DNA from: a virus
Lineage: Duplodnaviria; Caudoviricetes
Length of the DNA stretch: 64,000 nucleotides
Strand: one strand, 5' to 3'
Virus record (IMG/VR): IMGVR_UViG_3300020576_006124
Span: 64,001-128,000 of that record
This document shows, piece by piece, positions 18,548-26,813 of the stretch (the first letter of the stretch is position 1; every line of letters begins with the position of its first letter). The position numbers and the translations under genes were made by a program. The notes under the pieces are model-generated. The model made no database searches. It was given only the letters and a program-made list of their open reading frames with translations, and had not been told where the DNA came from.

Positions 18548-18753
18548 TGGAATTACCTATACCTAAATCTGATTATGCAAGGAGACTTGGAGAGTTAGTT
18601 ACTAGGTACAAAGGGGAAGTAAAAGGAGTAAAACGAGGGAAACACCTGAAACTACTATTTAATGGCCGATTAGTGGTTGTCTCTACTTCCCCTAGAGACC
18701 CAAGCACAGCCTTAAAAAAGATAGAAAGTGATATCAGAAAAACCATTAGCTAG
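18547..18753 (+). CDS. HicA-like small protein
   Basis: 68 aa with RGKHLKL, VVVSTSPRD and a C-terminal helix ALKKIESDIRK, matching the HicA-like pattern. Confidence 0.6.
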   Translation: MELPIPKSDYARRLGELVTRYKGEVKGVKRGKHLKLLFNGRLVVVSTSPRDPSTALKKIESDIRKTIS

Positions 18754-19099
18754 AGATTATACGGAGTTCTATAAAGAACACGTAAATGACGTTAAGGCCA
18801 CTCAGTTAAAATGGGGAGTCTTTAGATATGTTATTTTAACTTCCTCTGGGAGAAGTTTGTTTAAAGATCTACCTCTATCAGTAAAGGTAAGATCCGTAGA
18901 AGACAAAACATCTCTTGATATTATTATAGGGTCAGAAGAGGCCGATGAGGAAACTAATGATTACTTATATGAGCTATTTTCTGTGTCTATAAACCAATCC
19001 TGGATTGATCAAGGTAATTCCCTTACTAAACCTAAGCAGGATATAAAACAGCTGATAGCAAAAGTATTAAAGTATAATGGTCTTTCTTTCGAACGATAG
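18728..19099 (+). CDS. Hypothetical protein
   Basis: 123-aa ORF. Confidence 0.5.
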   Translation: MISEKPLARDYTEFYKEHVNDVKATQLKWGVFRYVILTSSGRSLFKDLPLSVKVRSVEDKTSLDIIIGSEEADEETNDYLYELFSVSINQSWIDQGNSLTKPKQDIKQLIAKVLKYNGLSFER

Positions 19100-19481
19100 T
19101 CCCTTTTCTAAAACTGTATCTAGAAGAATAATAGGGAAGAGATTTAATTACCTGGAGATCCCCCCAGGTAATCTTCTTTTTTTGCCCCTAGTTAGAAATA
19201 GTCGGAGTCAAAAATCCTTAAAAGACCCTAGAAGAATCTACTATAGAATACCTGAGACGGATATTTACTTCTTTAAGCAACTAAAGCAGACTAATCAGGC
19301 TTTTCTGGAAGGCAACTTTTACATTAAAGAGTGGTATATAAACAAGAACTCATTAGGGTCTATACCTTCTTTTTTATCCTTTACCTTTTTAAAAGTTTCG
19401 GAGTGGGATTTAAAATCTAGAAAAAACATATCTTCTTTAAAAAGAAAGAAACTAGAATATTTCAAGAACAATCTTTTTTAG
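19077..19481 (+). CDS. Hypothetical basic protein
   Basis: 134-aa ORF; last gene of the + block. Confidence 0.5.
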   Translation: MVFLSNDSPFSKTVSRRIIGKRFNYLEIPPGNLLFLPLVRNSRSQKSLKDPRRIYYRIPETDIYFFKQLKQTNQAFLEGNFYIKEWYINKNSLGSIPSFLSFTFLKVSEWDLKSRKNISSLKRKKLEYFKNNLF

Positions 19482-19897
19482 ATAGGATTATGTATAAAAA
19501 CCAGGGGGAATTCTATTACCTCAGTCTCTAATTTTGGGGATTCACTTTTGTCGCATTCAAATCTAGCCCTTATTACTTGGCAAGTCTTAGTTTCACAGTA
19601 ACCATAGATATCCTTAGATGAGAACCAAACCCAATCGGATGTTTCCCCTAAGTTTGAGACAATATCGTAGTAACCCCTTAGTAGAATTTCTGCAGACTTA
19701 GAATGTGAAACTATTGGGTAATCCGGCTCCAAAACTACAAGGGACCATTCTTCCTCAGGCTCCGGCCAGCATCCTATAACATCTTTAGGTTTTAGGCTAA
19801 TCCTTAAGTTATTGTTATTATAGAAAAGTAGTATTTCTTTTTTAGCAATTTCATTCTTAGAGGTAACTCTTACCTTTCTTTTATACTCTATAGGCAT
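19478..19897 (-). CDS. Hypothetical protein
   Basis: 139-aa ORF; last gene of the - block. Confidence 0.55.
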   Translation of the reverse strand: MPIEYKRKVRVTSKNEIAKKEILLFYNNNNLRISLKPKDVIGCWPEPEEEWSLVVLEPDYPIVSHSKSAEILLRGYYDIVSNLGETSDWVWFSSKDIYGYCETKTCQVIRARFECDKSESPKLETEVIEFPLVFIHNPI

Positions 19898-20550
19898 TAG
19901 ATACCCACATTTCTAAAGTAACTGTGTCTTAGAACTTTCATTTCCCATTTACTACTAGGAATTTCTAGAGAGCTTTCTAGATTCCGCATTAAGGACTCCT
20001 CGGTAGAAACTTTATCCATAACGTAAAAGGCTTGGTCAACGTTTACTTCATTCTTTCTAAATTTATCGTCTATATAAGTCTTAACTACGGCTTTTAATTT
20101 AGCTGCTATAGTAAGAAAGAAATTCTTTTCCCAATCCTTAATTGCAATAAGGATTGCAACCCTTACCATATGCTTAAGTTCATCATCAGGCACATCAACT
20201 AATTGATTCTTATAGACTAAACACTGTGCTTTGTATTTACTTTTATCCTTTGTGTGGAGTTTTAGAAAATACATCTGCCCCTTAGACCTATAGTTATAAG
20301 ATCCCTTTCTGAACATACTAAAGAATCCCTCTATAGTCTTTTCAAACCTTAGAAGGATCTCCTCTACCGCCTTAGGGTCATTTTCTCTTGCTTTTCTGAG
20401 AATGTCCTCTAATTCGTTGGGGTCATAATTAGGTAAAACCTTTTTAGGTCCTAACTTTTTTACCATATCCTTTATTAGTACCATTACTATGTTCTGGTAG
20501 TATACTCGATGTACGTATACTAAACTGCTGAGAAACGAATACTTTATCAT
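19897..20550 (-). CDS. Divergent sigma-70-like factor (region 2 only; start probably near 20466)
   Basis: LRKARENDPKAVEEILLRFEKTI and DDELKHMVRVAILIAIKDW resemble sigma regions 2.1/2.2. No region 4 HTH seen. Confidence 0.55.
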   Translation of the reverse strand: MIKYSFLSSLVYVHRVYYQNIVMVLIKDMVKKLGPKKVLPNYDPNELEDILRKARENDPKAVEEILLRFEKTIEGFFSMFRKGSYNYRSKGQMYFLKLHTKDKSKYKAQCLVYKNQLVDVPDDELKHMVRVAILIAIKDWEKNFFLTIAAKLKAVVKTYIDDKFRKNEVNVDQAFYVMDKVSTEESLMRNLESSLEIPSSKWEMKVLRHSYFRNVGI

Positions 20551-21505
20551 TTAAAAGTTTTCTTATCTCAGGAATAACTAAGGAACCCCTTAGGAGTTCG
20601 TCCACACATTCCCCTACGTTTTTATAAATGTGTAGCTCGTCGAAGTCTTTCATCTCTACGATAAAATCGAAAATAGGTTCACTATCTCTTTCTCTTCTTC
20701 TCTTCCTACCTTGATTCATCTTACTAGCTGATTCATCAGTGAGAGTAACTTCACTTATAGACCCTATTAGATGGTTTAAAGGGGGGTTATTTATTAGATT
20801 TTCTAAGGAGTTGCCATGAGCAGTTGCTATTAGTTTAACTCCTCTTTGAGAGATAGTTATGGCAGCAAGGGCCTCTTCTTCTGTGGATATCTCATCAATA
20901 ATCATACACTCCGGGGTATGTGACTCCAAAGCGTAGATCATGATATTTTCTTGGGTTTTCCCTTTCGGTACTTCGAATCTACGAGAGAATCCTATAGAAG
21001 GGTGTGCCGGACTAGACTCCCCCCCGATCTCGCTGCTTTTATCTACAACTAGAGTTCTCTTAACCTCTCCTAGGTATCTAGCTATTTTTCTAAGGGTAGA
21101 AGTTTTACCCCTTCCAGGGCTGCCTAGAATAAGGACAGACCCCTTATCAACGAGGTCCTTAATCATCTCTAGAGCTCCTCCTATATCCCTTCCAACTCTA
21201 TAGGTAAGACCGACTACCTCACCATTTCGATCCCAAACACAAGAGACTCTGTGAAGGGTTTGAGGGATGCCAACTCTACCATCGGATCTGAACGCAGATA
21301 GATTCTTTAAGCACTCTTCAAGGTGCTCTTTAGTTATAACTGTGTCAACAAGTATAGGTCTGAATGAGGACACTCTGTACTCAAAGTATCTGCCTAAATC
21401 TATAATAATCTCATTCACCTTGTTATAGTCTTCTGGATCTATTAGCTTAACCAGATTTTCAGGTAGTGTGCTTAAAAGACGTTCGAACTCTACTTCATTC
21501 GACAT
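20444..21505 (-). CDS. Ycf45/SpoIIIAA-family AAA+ ATPase
   Basis: DLGR, R.GI..TLHRVS, GLTYRVGR, GSPGRGKT, D.S.EIGG, H.PE..IIDEI, RGV.LIATAHG, NP.L..L.G, VTL.DE. Confidence 0.9.
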   Translation of the reverse strand: MSNEVEFERLLSTLPENLVKLIDPEDYNKVNEIIIDLGRYFEYRVSSFRPILVDTVITKEHLEECLKNLSAFRSDGRVGIPQTLHRVSCVWDRNGEVVGLTYRVGRDIGGALEMIKDLVDKGSVLILGSPGRGKTSTLRKIARYLGEVKRTLVVDKSSEIGGESSPAHPSIGFSRRFEVPKGKTQENIMIYALESHTPECMIIDEISTEEEALAAITISQRGVKLIATAHGNSLENLINNPPLNHLIGSISEVTLTDESASKMNQGRKRRRERDSEPIFDFIVEMKDFDELHIYKNVGECVDELLRGSLVIPEIRKLLNDKVFVSQQFSIRTSSILPEHSNGTNKGYGKKVRT

Positions 21506-21518
21506 TAGTTATTTTTCC

Positions 21519-21728
21519 TTATTTTCTTACGACAACTATAAGGTTATCGTAAACTCTTATAAACTCTTCCTGACTGGGATGCCTCTTGAGAATTAAAGAA
21601 GGTATAGGCAGGTTAGAGTATTTGTTCTCCAGAATTCTGTACATTTGTGGGGGCATCTGACTACTTAAAGCAGTAAGTCTACCACTTTCTTTTTTTAAAT
21701 ATACCCCATCAGAAACTCTTTCAAACAT
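21519..21728 (-). CDS. Hypothetical protein
   Basis: 69-aa ORF. Confidence 0.45.
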   Translation of the reverse strand: MFERVSDGVYLKKESGRLTALSSQMPPQMYRILENKYSNLPIPSLILKRHPSQEEFIRVYDNLIVVVRK

Positions 21729-21754
21729 TTTATTTTTAGGTATTATATTAAAAT

Positions 21755-22309
21755 ATGGATTTTGACACCACTTATATAAACTTCTTTGCTGGACCTGGAT
21801 CAGGAAAATCAGTTCTTTCTAATGAATTATATACAAGATTTGAAAAAGAAGGTCTGTCAGCCCAGTCTATAACAGAGTTTGCTAAGGATAGGGTCTGGGA
21901 AGAGTCCACAACAGTTTTAAAATGTCAACCTTACATAATCGGGGGTCAGATACTTAGACAATTCGTTTTAAGGGGCAAGGTGGAAGTTGTTTTCGTAGAC
22001 AGCCCTATTCCTCTAGGCATAGCCTACAAAGGCTTTGGTTGTAACGAAGATTGGGAAAAAGGGGTAATATATCAATTCAACTCCTTCAGGAACATTAACT
22101 TTCTTCTTTTAAGAAACCCAGATCTCATTACTTTTAAAACTAAAGGAAGAATTCATTCTTATGAAGAATCTCTGAAGAAAGATGAAGAGATAGTTAGTAT
22201 TCTTAAGAAACATAATATACCTTACTACGAAATTACCCCCCAGAAGGATGGGTCTCATTTAACAATTATTACTGACATAATCCTAGAGGAACTAAATAAA
22301 ACTGTCTAA
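21755..22309 (+). CDS. P-loop nucleotide kinase / NadR-type AAA protein
   Basis: INFFAGPGSGKS, EFAKD.VWE, Q.YI.G.Q, DSP, GR.H...ES. Confidence 0.8.
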   Translation: MDFDTTYINFFAGPGSGKSVLSNELYTRFEKEGLSAQSITEFAKDRVWEESTTVLKCQPYIIGGQILRQFVLRGKVEVVFVDSPIPLGIAYKGFGCNEDWEKGVIYQFNSFRNINFLLLRNPDLITFKTKGRIHSYEESLKKDEEIVSILKKHNIPYYEITPQKDGSHLTIITDIILEELNKTV

Positions 22310-22965
22310 GGAATAACTTTAATGGATTTAAGAATTTTCTCAGGAGTTTCAAATAAGTCGTTATTGACTACTGGTATTTTCCTTTTTATATTTTTGTATA
22401 AATCATCAAGTATTTCTTCAAACTCAAGTTGAAGGCCCAAAGAGTCTACTCTTAAGACCATATCATCCTCAACTTTTGGAATTGAATTTATCTTATTCCA
22501 CATTTGGAAAGAGGCACCACCACAGTAATCTAGATCTGATGTAAAGGGGAGATCCGATGTACAATACACCCCAATAATAGGTACACTATCTATTCCTTTC
22601 CAATGTTGCTCTTCACAGATTTGAGAATAAAACTTTAGTGACCTTAAATAATTAGTTGTTACGACAATGGATGTCTTTGACTTCTCTTGTATTTTCTTAT
22701 GGTATTGAAGAAGAAAGCTTCTGTACAAGCTGACCCATTTATCGGGGTTAGATAGTAAAATATCCGGTCTATTTTTTATCAGCCTAAAAAACTCAAAGTC
22801 TAAATCATAAATCGAAAAATTAGGTAATCCAAAAAAAGGAACCCTTAGCTTTTTAGCCAAATAGGTTCCTAATATTTTTTTGCCACAGTTTATTGAACCA
22901 TAAAGTTCAATAATGGTTCCTTTATTCCTATCTAATTTTTGATCTCTTTTTAAGCTGACAATCAT
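22306..22965 (-). CDS. Thymidylate/NMP kinase-like protein (degenerate P-loop)
   Basis: KGTIIELYGSINCGKKI...LAKKL, similar to the Tmk N-terminus. Confidence 0.5.
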   Translation of the reverse strand: MIVSLKRDQKLDRNKGTIIELYGSINCGKKILGTYLAKKLRVPFFGLPNFSIYDLDFEFFRLIKNRPDILLSNPDKWVSLYRSFLLQYHKKIQEKSKTSIVVTTNYLRSLKFYSQICEEQHWKGIDSVPIIGVYCTSDLPFTSDLDYCGGASFQMWNKINSIPKVEDDMVLRVDSLGLQLEFEEILDDLYKNIKRKIPVVNNDLFETPEKILKSIKVIP

Positions 22966-23300
22966 TGATAGTTGAGAGAGCTAAACTCTGCTGATTTGTC
23001 CTTAATGTAGTCCTCATAATTTAACTTCTTTAATAAGTCGTCAGTAGATAAAGGGGAAAGGACAAGACTATTATCTTCTAATAAAAGTACTGATCTTATT
23101 TTTTTATTTGCTTCGTATAAAGAGATAACCCTAAATCCAGTTTCTTGTCCATTTTTTACTCTCCTTACAAGGCCAGAAGTCTTCCTTTGGCTGTAATCTA
23201 GGATCAATCTTATACTATCCACAGAAACATGGTTACCAAAACCTATATTTATAAATAAAGGAATAAGCCCTTTTTCTGACTTAGTAACTTCCAAGCTCAT
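22962..23300 (-). CDS. remA: RemA/DUF370 (YlzA) family regulator homologue
   Basis: FINIGFGNHV....I..I and K.RSVLL.ED..LVLS.L....L..KL match the DUF370 consensus LINIGFGN.V...RI.AI and RT.AVI..D...VILS. Confidence 0.85.
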   Translation of the reverse strand: MSLEVTKSEKGLIPLFINIGFGNHVSVDSIRLILDYSQRKTSGLVRRVKNGQETGFRVISLYEANKKIRSVLLLEDNSLVLSPLSTDDLLKKLNYEDYIKDKSAEFSSLNYQ

Positions 23301-23691
23301 TTATAACCTCTAGCTCTCCTACTTCCTCTTGCTGTTTCATAGTCTCTAAGGCCTCTGCCAGTCTTAACTGCTTATCAATAGCCCAGCCTATTTCCTCTAC
23401 ATATTGACCTGTGCCCTGGTTATTAGGAGCTCTCTTCCTAAGATTTTCCATAAAGTTATGAGCTTCTTGTATATCCTTTCGATGATCAGACTCGAAAGGA
23501 TAACCTTTAATTGGAAAACCAGAGGCAGGCTTATTTAATGCTTCTACCACCCTCAATTCACAAGATTTACATTTAAGTAGATGAGGGTTATAGTTCTGAC
23601 ATTTACTTGAAACTATACAAAGATGACATCTAGAGCATTTCTTTCTTTGAGGGCTATCATAGTAAAACCCTGCACTCTGGCCGTTATACAC
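23281..23691 (-). CDS. Cys-rich zinc-binding protein
   Basis: CSRC, C, C and CKSC. Confidence 0.55.
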   Translation of the reverse strand: MYNGQSAGFYYDSPQRKKCSRCHLCIVSSKCQNYNPHLLKCKSCELRVVEALNKPASGFPIKGYPFESDHRKDIQEAHNFMENLRKRAPNNQGTGQYVEEIGWAIDKQLRLAEALETMKQQEEVGELEVINELGSY

Positions 23692-23694
23692 TAC

Positions 23695-24135
23695 TTAAAT
23701 TTCCTCGTCCTCTTTTTCGAAAGCATCTCTTACGACCTTGATATGCCTAGTTGAGACTTTCTTTAACTTCTCAAAGGTCTTATCAAAAAACTCAGAACTG
23801 AATTCGGCCTTAGCAGGCTCTAGACCAAGATTTATTCTGCTCCTCAGATCTGATAATACCATGCTCACAGTATTAATATAAATATGATTTAGACAATGTT
23901 CTAACAGGCTCTTCCCGTCTTCACTTTGAGTCAAGAAGAACACCTCAAAGATCTTTTTAAGTTCAGGTGTAATTTCATCCTCAATAAGACTAAGAATATT
24001 TTCGATATTCTTTTCTCCACCCTGTGACTCAAAGGACTCCACAGAAATCAGATCATTAGCCTTTCTACTAATTTCTTCTGAAGAAACCTCAGACAGAATG
24101 TCTTCTAACTTTTCATAAAAATCTCTACTTAACAT
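23695..24135 (-). CDS. Hypothetical acidic helical protein
   Basis: 146-aa ORF. Confidence 0.55.
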   Translation of the reverse strand: MLSRDFYEKLEDILSEVSSEEISRKANDLISVESFESQGGEKNIENILSLIEDEITPELKKIFEVFFLTQSEDGKSLLEHCLNHIYINTVSMVLSDLRSRINLGLEPAKAEFSSEFFDKTFEKLKKVSTRHIKVVRDAFEKEDEEI

Positions 24136-24722
24136 TTTTTTTTAACGTATCCTATAATCTCTGAGCTGTCAATAAAATACTCATTAACGTCTTCTAGACC
24201 TAAATGAGAATATTTAAGCTTAATAGACCTGAACGGAATGAACATAACAGTATCCCCCTCTTTTAAATCAAGAGAAATAAACTCATTTTGTTCATTCTTA
24301 AGGCCACTACCTACTCTCTTAATAGTTCCCCACCAGTACTCTGGTATCTCTGTCCGAGAATACCCAACCTTTTGAGTAAACTCAATAGGCTCAATAACTA
24401 CGTAATTACCATAAGGAACTATTTTACCATCTCTAACTACTGCGATGGCATCTAATACAGATGCAGCGTAAATTAGATCGTCCTCATCTGGTAAAGAAAA
24501 AGGTTTTACTCCATGATTAGCCATGTATACTATTTCTTCATTAAATATATCTGTGGTAATAAGGTTACCTGTAGAGCTATATATGCCCGGGCCGGAGCTT
24601 AGAACCTTATACCAATTAGTCTCTTTCTCAAAGGGGTTTTCTATGGGGGAAGACTGATCCTCCGCCTTTGAGACTTTATCTAAGATTAAGTAGTTTAGTC
24701 TTCCTTCTATTTTATAAGTCAT
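24129..24722 (-). CDS. groES: Co-chaperonin with two tandem GroES domains
   Basis: Domain 1: IEGRLNYLIL...KVLSSGPG....GNLITTDI....IVY...GVK...DAIAVV. Domain 2: IVPYGNYVVI...GTIKRVGSG......LDLKEGDTVMF...EIIGYV. Confidence 0.85.
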   Translation of the reverse strand: MTYKIEGRLNYLILDKVSKAEDQSSPIENPFEKETNWYKVLSSGPGIYSSTGNLITTDIFNEEIVYMANHGVKPFSLPDEDDLIYAASVLDAIAVVRDGKIVPYGNYVVIEPIEFTQKVGYSRTEIPEYWWGTIKRVGSGLKNEQNEFISLDLKEGDTVMFIPFRSIKLKYSHLGLEDVNEYFIDSSEIIGYVKKKC

Positions 24723-25005
24723 CTATAGTTTCGGGGCCTGATATTCCATTATCCTCTTCATTCTCTTCTATGATTACAAACTCTTTAGTATCTATGAATT
24801 CTGTAACCACAGATTGAATCTCCTGCCCTAAGTAGTCCGTCAGATTATCTCTAAGATCTTTAATAGAGAAAAGGGGTAAACAAGAGGTTAAAACGTTACT
24901 AATAAAGAATATACAATCGCTTGTAGGTGCAGACAAGCCTGGAACGAACTTGATATCCCCGTAAATCCCCTTAACGCTACCTGTGGAAACTTTAATTTCC
25001 CCCAT
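24712..25005 (-). CDS. Hypothetical protein
   Basis: 97-aa ORF. Confidence 0.5.
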   Translation of the reverse strand: MGEIKVSTGSVKGIYGDIKFVPGLSAPTSDCIFFISNVLTSCLPLFSIKDLRDNLTDYLGQEIQSVVTEFIDTKEFVIIEENEEDNGISGPETIDDL

Positions 25006-25486
25006 TATCCAAAGTCTCCTCCTTCTTTCTTCCGGGCTTTTTTACTTTAATAGGAGTAGTATCTACTTCTCCCTTAGAAGCAGGGTTATCCTCCGTAGAT
25101 TTTACCCCTTCTTCTACCTTTTCTTTCACAGTCTTTGGTTTAGAAATAAAGTTGAAGATTAAAACCTTCTTTTTATCCTTAGCAGGAACTGACAAGTACC
25201 ATGGAACTACTGCACCTTTTAAAAAAGTTAATTGATTCTCAAAGACCTGGACAGCACCCGGGTCACCCTTATGATAAATGGCCATTCTTTCAAGCTCTCC
25301 TTGGTCTGGGAGCAGAAAGGTAATATTTTCCACCTTCTCATCATAGGTTCCACTAGAGTCTAAAAGAACCAACTCTAATCTCCTCACATGCCCTTGATCC
25401 TCCCCAATCCTCAATTCTGTTTTGGATTGTAGGGGAAAAGAAGCTAGAAGCCTAGCTATTTCTAGTTTTATTCTGGATGCATCCAT
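24992..25486 (-). CDS. Hypothetical protein
   Basis: 164-aa ORF with a charged tail. Confidence 0.55.
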   Translation of the reverse strand: MDASRIKLEIARLLASFPLQSKTELRIGEDQGHVRRLELVLLDSSGTYDEKVENITFLLPDQGELERMAIYHKGDPGAVQVFENQLTFLKGAVVPWYLSVPAKDKKKVLIFNFISKPKTVKEKVEEGVKSTEDNPASKGEVDTTPIKVKKPGRKKEETLDNGGN

Positions 25487-25488
25487 AC

Positions 25489-26547
25489 TTATGTTAGATT
25501 ATACTCTACTCCCTTTAAAATTGGGGTAAAATAACTACTATTAGAATTAAAAATGATATTAATTCTATTTGAGGAAAGATATCCAAGTAATTCATTAGTA
25601 TTAGCTCCCTCGAAAGAGAAAACCTCTGTAAGAGTACCGGCTGAAGGATGCTTTACTACAACTGTTCCGGTAGTATCATAGTTATTATTTTTTATGTCGA
25701 AGGATCTAAAGCCTATTTTAGTTAATGTCTTGGTGTCTATGCAAACTAAAACATCTGAAACATCCTTAGTTCTTCCATCAAAAAGAAGTCTGAAACTACT
25801 TATACTTGATGCAGTTCCTCCAGAGTATAGAGGTAGATAGCTAAAGTCGTGTGTTTCCCAGTTGCCACCAAAACTTCTTATCTTTACAACTTTTAGATCA
25901 GAGCAGAATGCTGGCCATACATCTAATGTAAAACAATTAGTTACCAGGTTAGTTAATCTAGTGTTCTGCCTAAACCACAACCACATATAATGATCAGTTA
26001 AATCTGCATCTAAAGAGATTGGTCGAATTGGGCTAAAGATGTCGTTTAAATCCAATATCTCAGTAAAAGAAGAGGATGAAGGTTGAGTGGTGCTGTTAGT
26101 TTTTGCGTACTTTACTTCTATCCCTTCATGTACAATTCTGTGGTTAGAATCGTTTACGATATAAACGTTACTTGTGGAGCTGTTTATTGGAAGGGTTATT
26201 TGTCCATATTGAGAGTCTAAGCTACCTGTAGGGGAACTATGTACAAAGGAACTGCTATAAAAATCTGCGTATCTAGTAGTTCCAGCTATAGTACCTACAG
26301 CCGTAGTCAAAGAAGAAATAAGGCTTGTTAACGCGGCATTCTCTGTAGAGGAAAAGGTATTAGTTAGGTCTAGTGCATCTCTAAGTCTAGAAGATGAAAA
26401 ATACAGCTTAAATAGATCATTATTCAGCGCAGTTAAGAGTTTATTAAAGTCTTCGCTGGAGCTAATACCCCCTGCTTTAGGCTTTTTACTTATAAGTGAT
26501 TCTAATTGTTTTAAAACAATTTCTTTTGGGAATCCATAATTACTCAT
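25489..26547 (-). CDS. Putative virion baseplate/tail structural protein
   Basis: N-terminal helical SSEDFN.L...L.NDL..LY followed by a S/T-rich beta region; inside the structural operon. Confidence 0.55.
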   Translation of the reverse strand: MSNYGFPKEIVLKQLESLISKKPKAGGISSSEDFNKLLTALNNDLFKLYFSSSRLRDALDLTNTFSSTENAALTSLISSLTTAVGTIAGTTRYADFYSSSFVHSSPTGSLDSQYGQITLPINSSTSNVYIVNDSNHRIVHEGIEVKYAKTNSTTQPSSSSFTEILDLNDIFSPIRPISLDADLTDHYMWLWFRQNTRLTNLVTNCFTLDVWPAFCSDLKVVKIRSFGGNWETHDFSYLPLYSGGTASSISSFRLLFDGRTKDVSDVLVCIDTKTLTKIGFRSFDIKNNNYDTTGTVVVKHPSAGTLTEVFSFEGANTNELLGYLSSNRINIIFNSNSSYFTPILKGVEYNLT

Positions 26548-26552
26548 TTTTT

Positions 26553-26813
26553 TTATCTATTAAAGAATTCTATTTGAACCAGGGCTGAATTAATTGACGA
26601 TCTAATGGAAGATGAGAAAGCTGTATTCTCTGGGCTATAATCAAAAAATTCATTGAGGTCGCTGTCTACTAAGTAAAGAACCCTAGTCATCTCCTGAATC
26701 CCTAATTGTAACTTCCAAACATCTCTTGTACCATATTTAGAAAAAGGAAGAGTAGTATTAAAATACTCAGTGGTATTAAACCTTGTATGTTTAGAAAAGT
26801 AATTATCTTCCAT
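26553..26813 (-). CDS. Small putative structural protein
   Basis: 86-aa ORF in the structural operon. Confidence 0.45.
   Translation of the reverse strand: MEDNYFSKHTRFNTTEYFNTTLPFSKYGTRDVWKLQLGIQEMTRVLYLVDSDLNEFFDYSPENTAFSSSIRSSINSALVQIEFFNR

Noticed and set aside
19470-19490. Bidirectional terminator at the convergence of the two gene blocks
   Set aside because: The two ORFs overlap at their stops and no convincing hairpin is visible.
962-21203. Nested or antisense ORFs 962-1144, 6396-6800, 8257-8610 and 20940-21203
   Set aside because: They are contained within well-supported genes and have no motifs.
20444-21505. Calling the ATPase a true sporulation gene (spoIIIAA)
   Set aside because: The motifs (TLHRVS, NP.L..L.G, VTL.DE) fit the Ycf45-like branch, and no spoIIIAB-AH genes are present.
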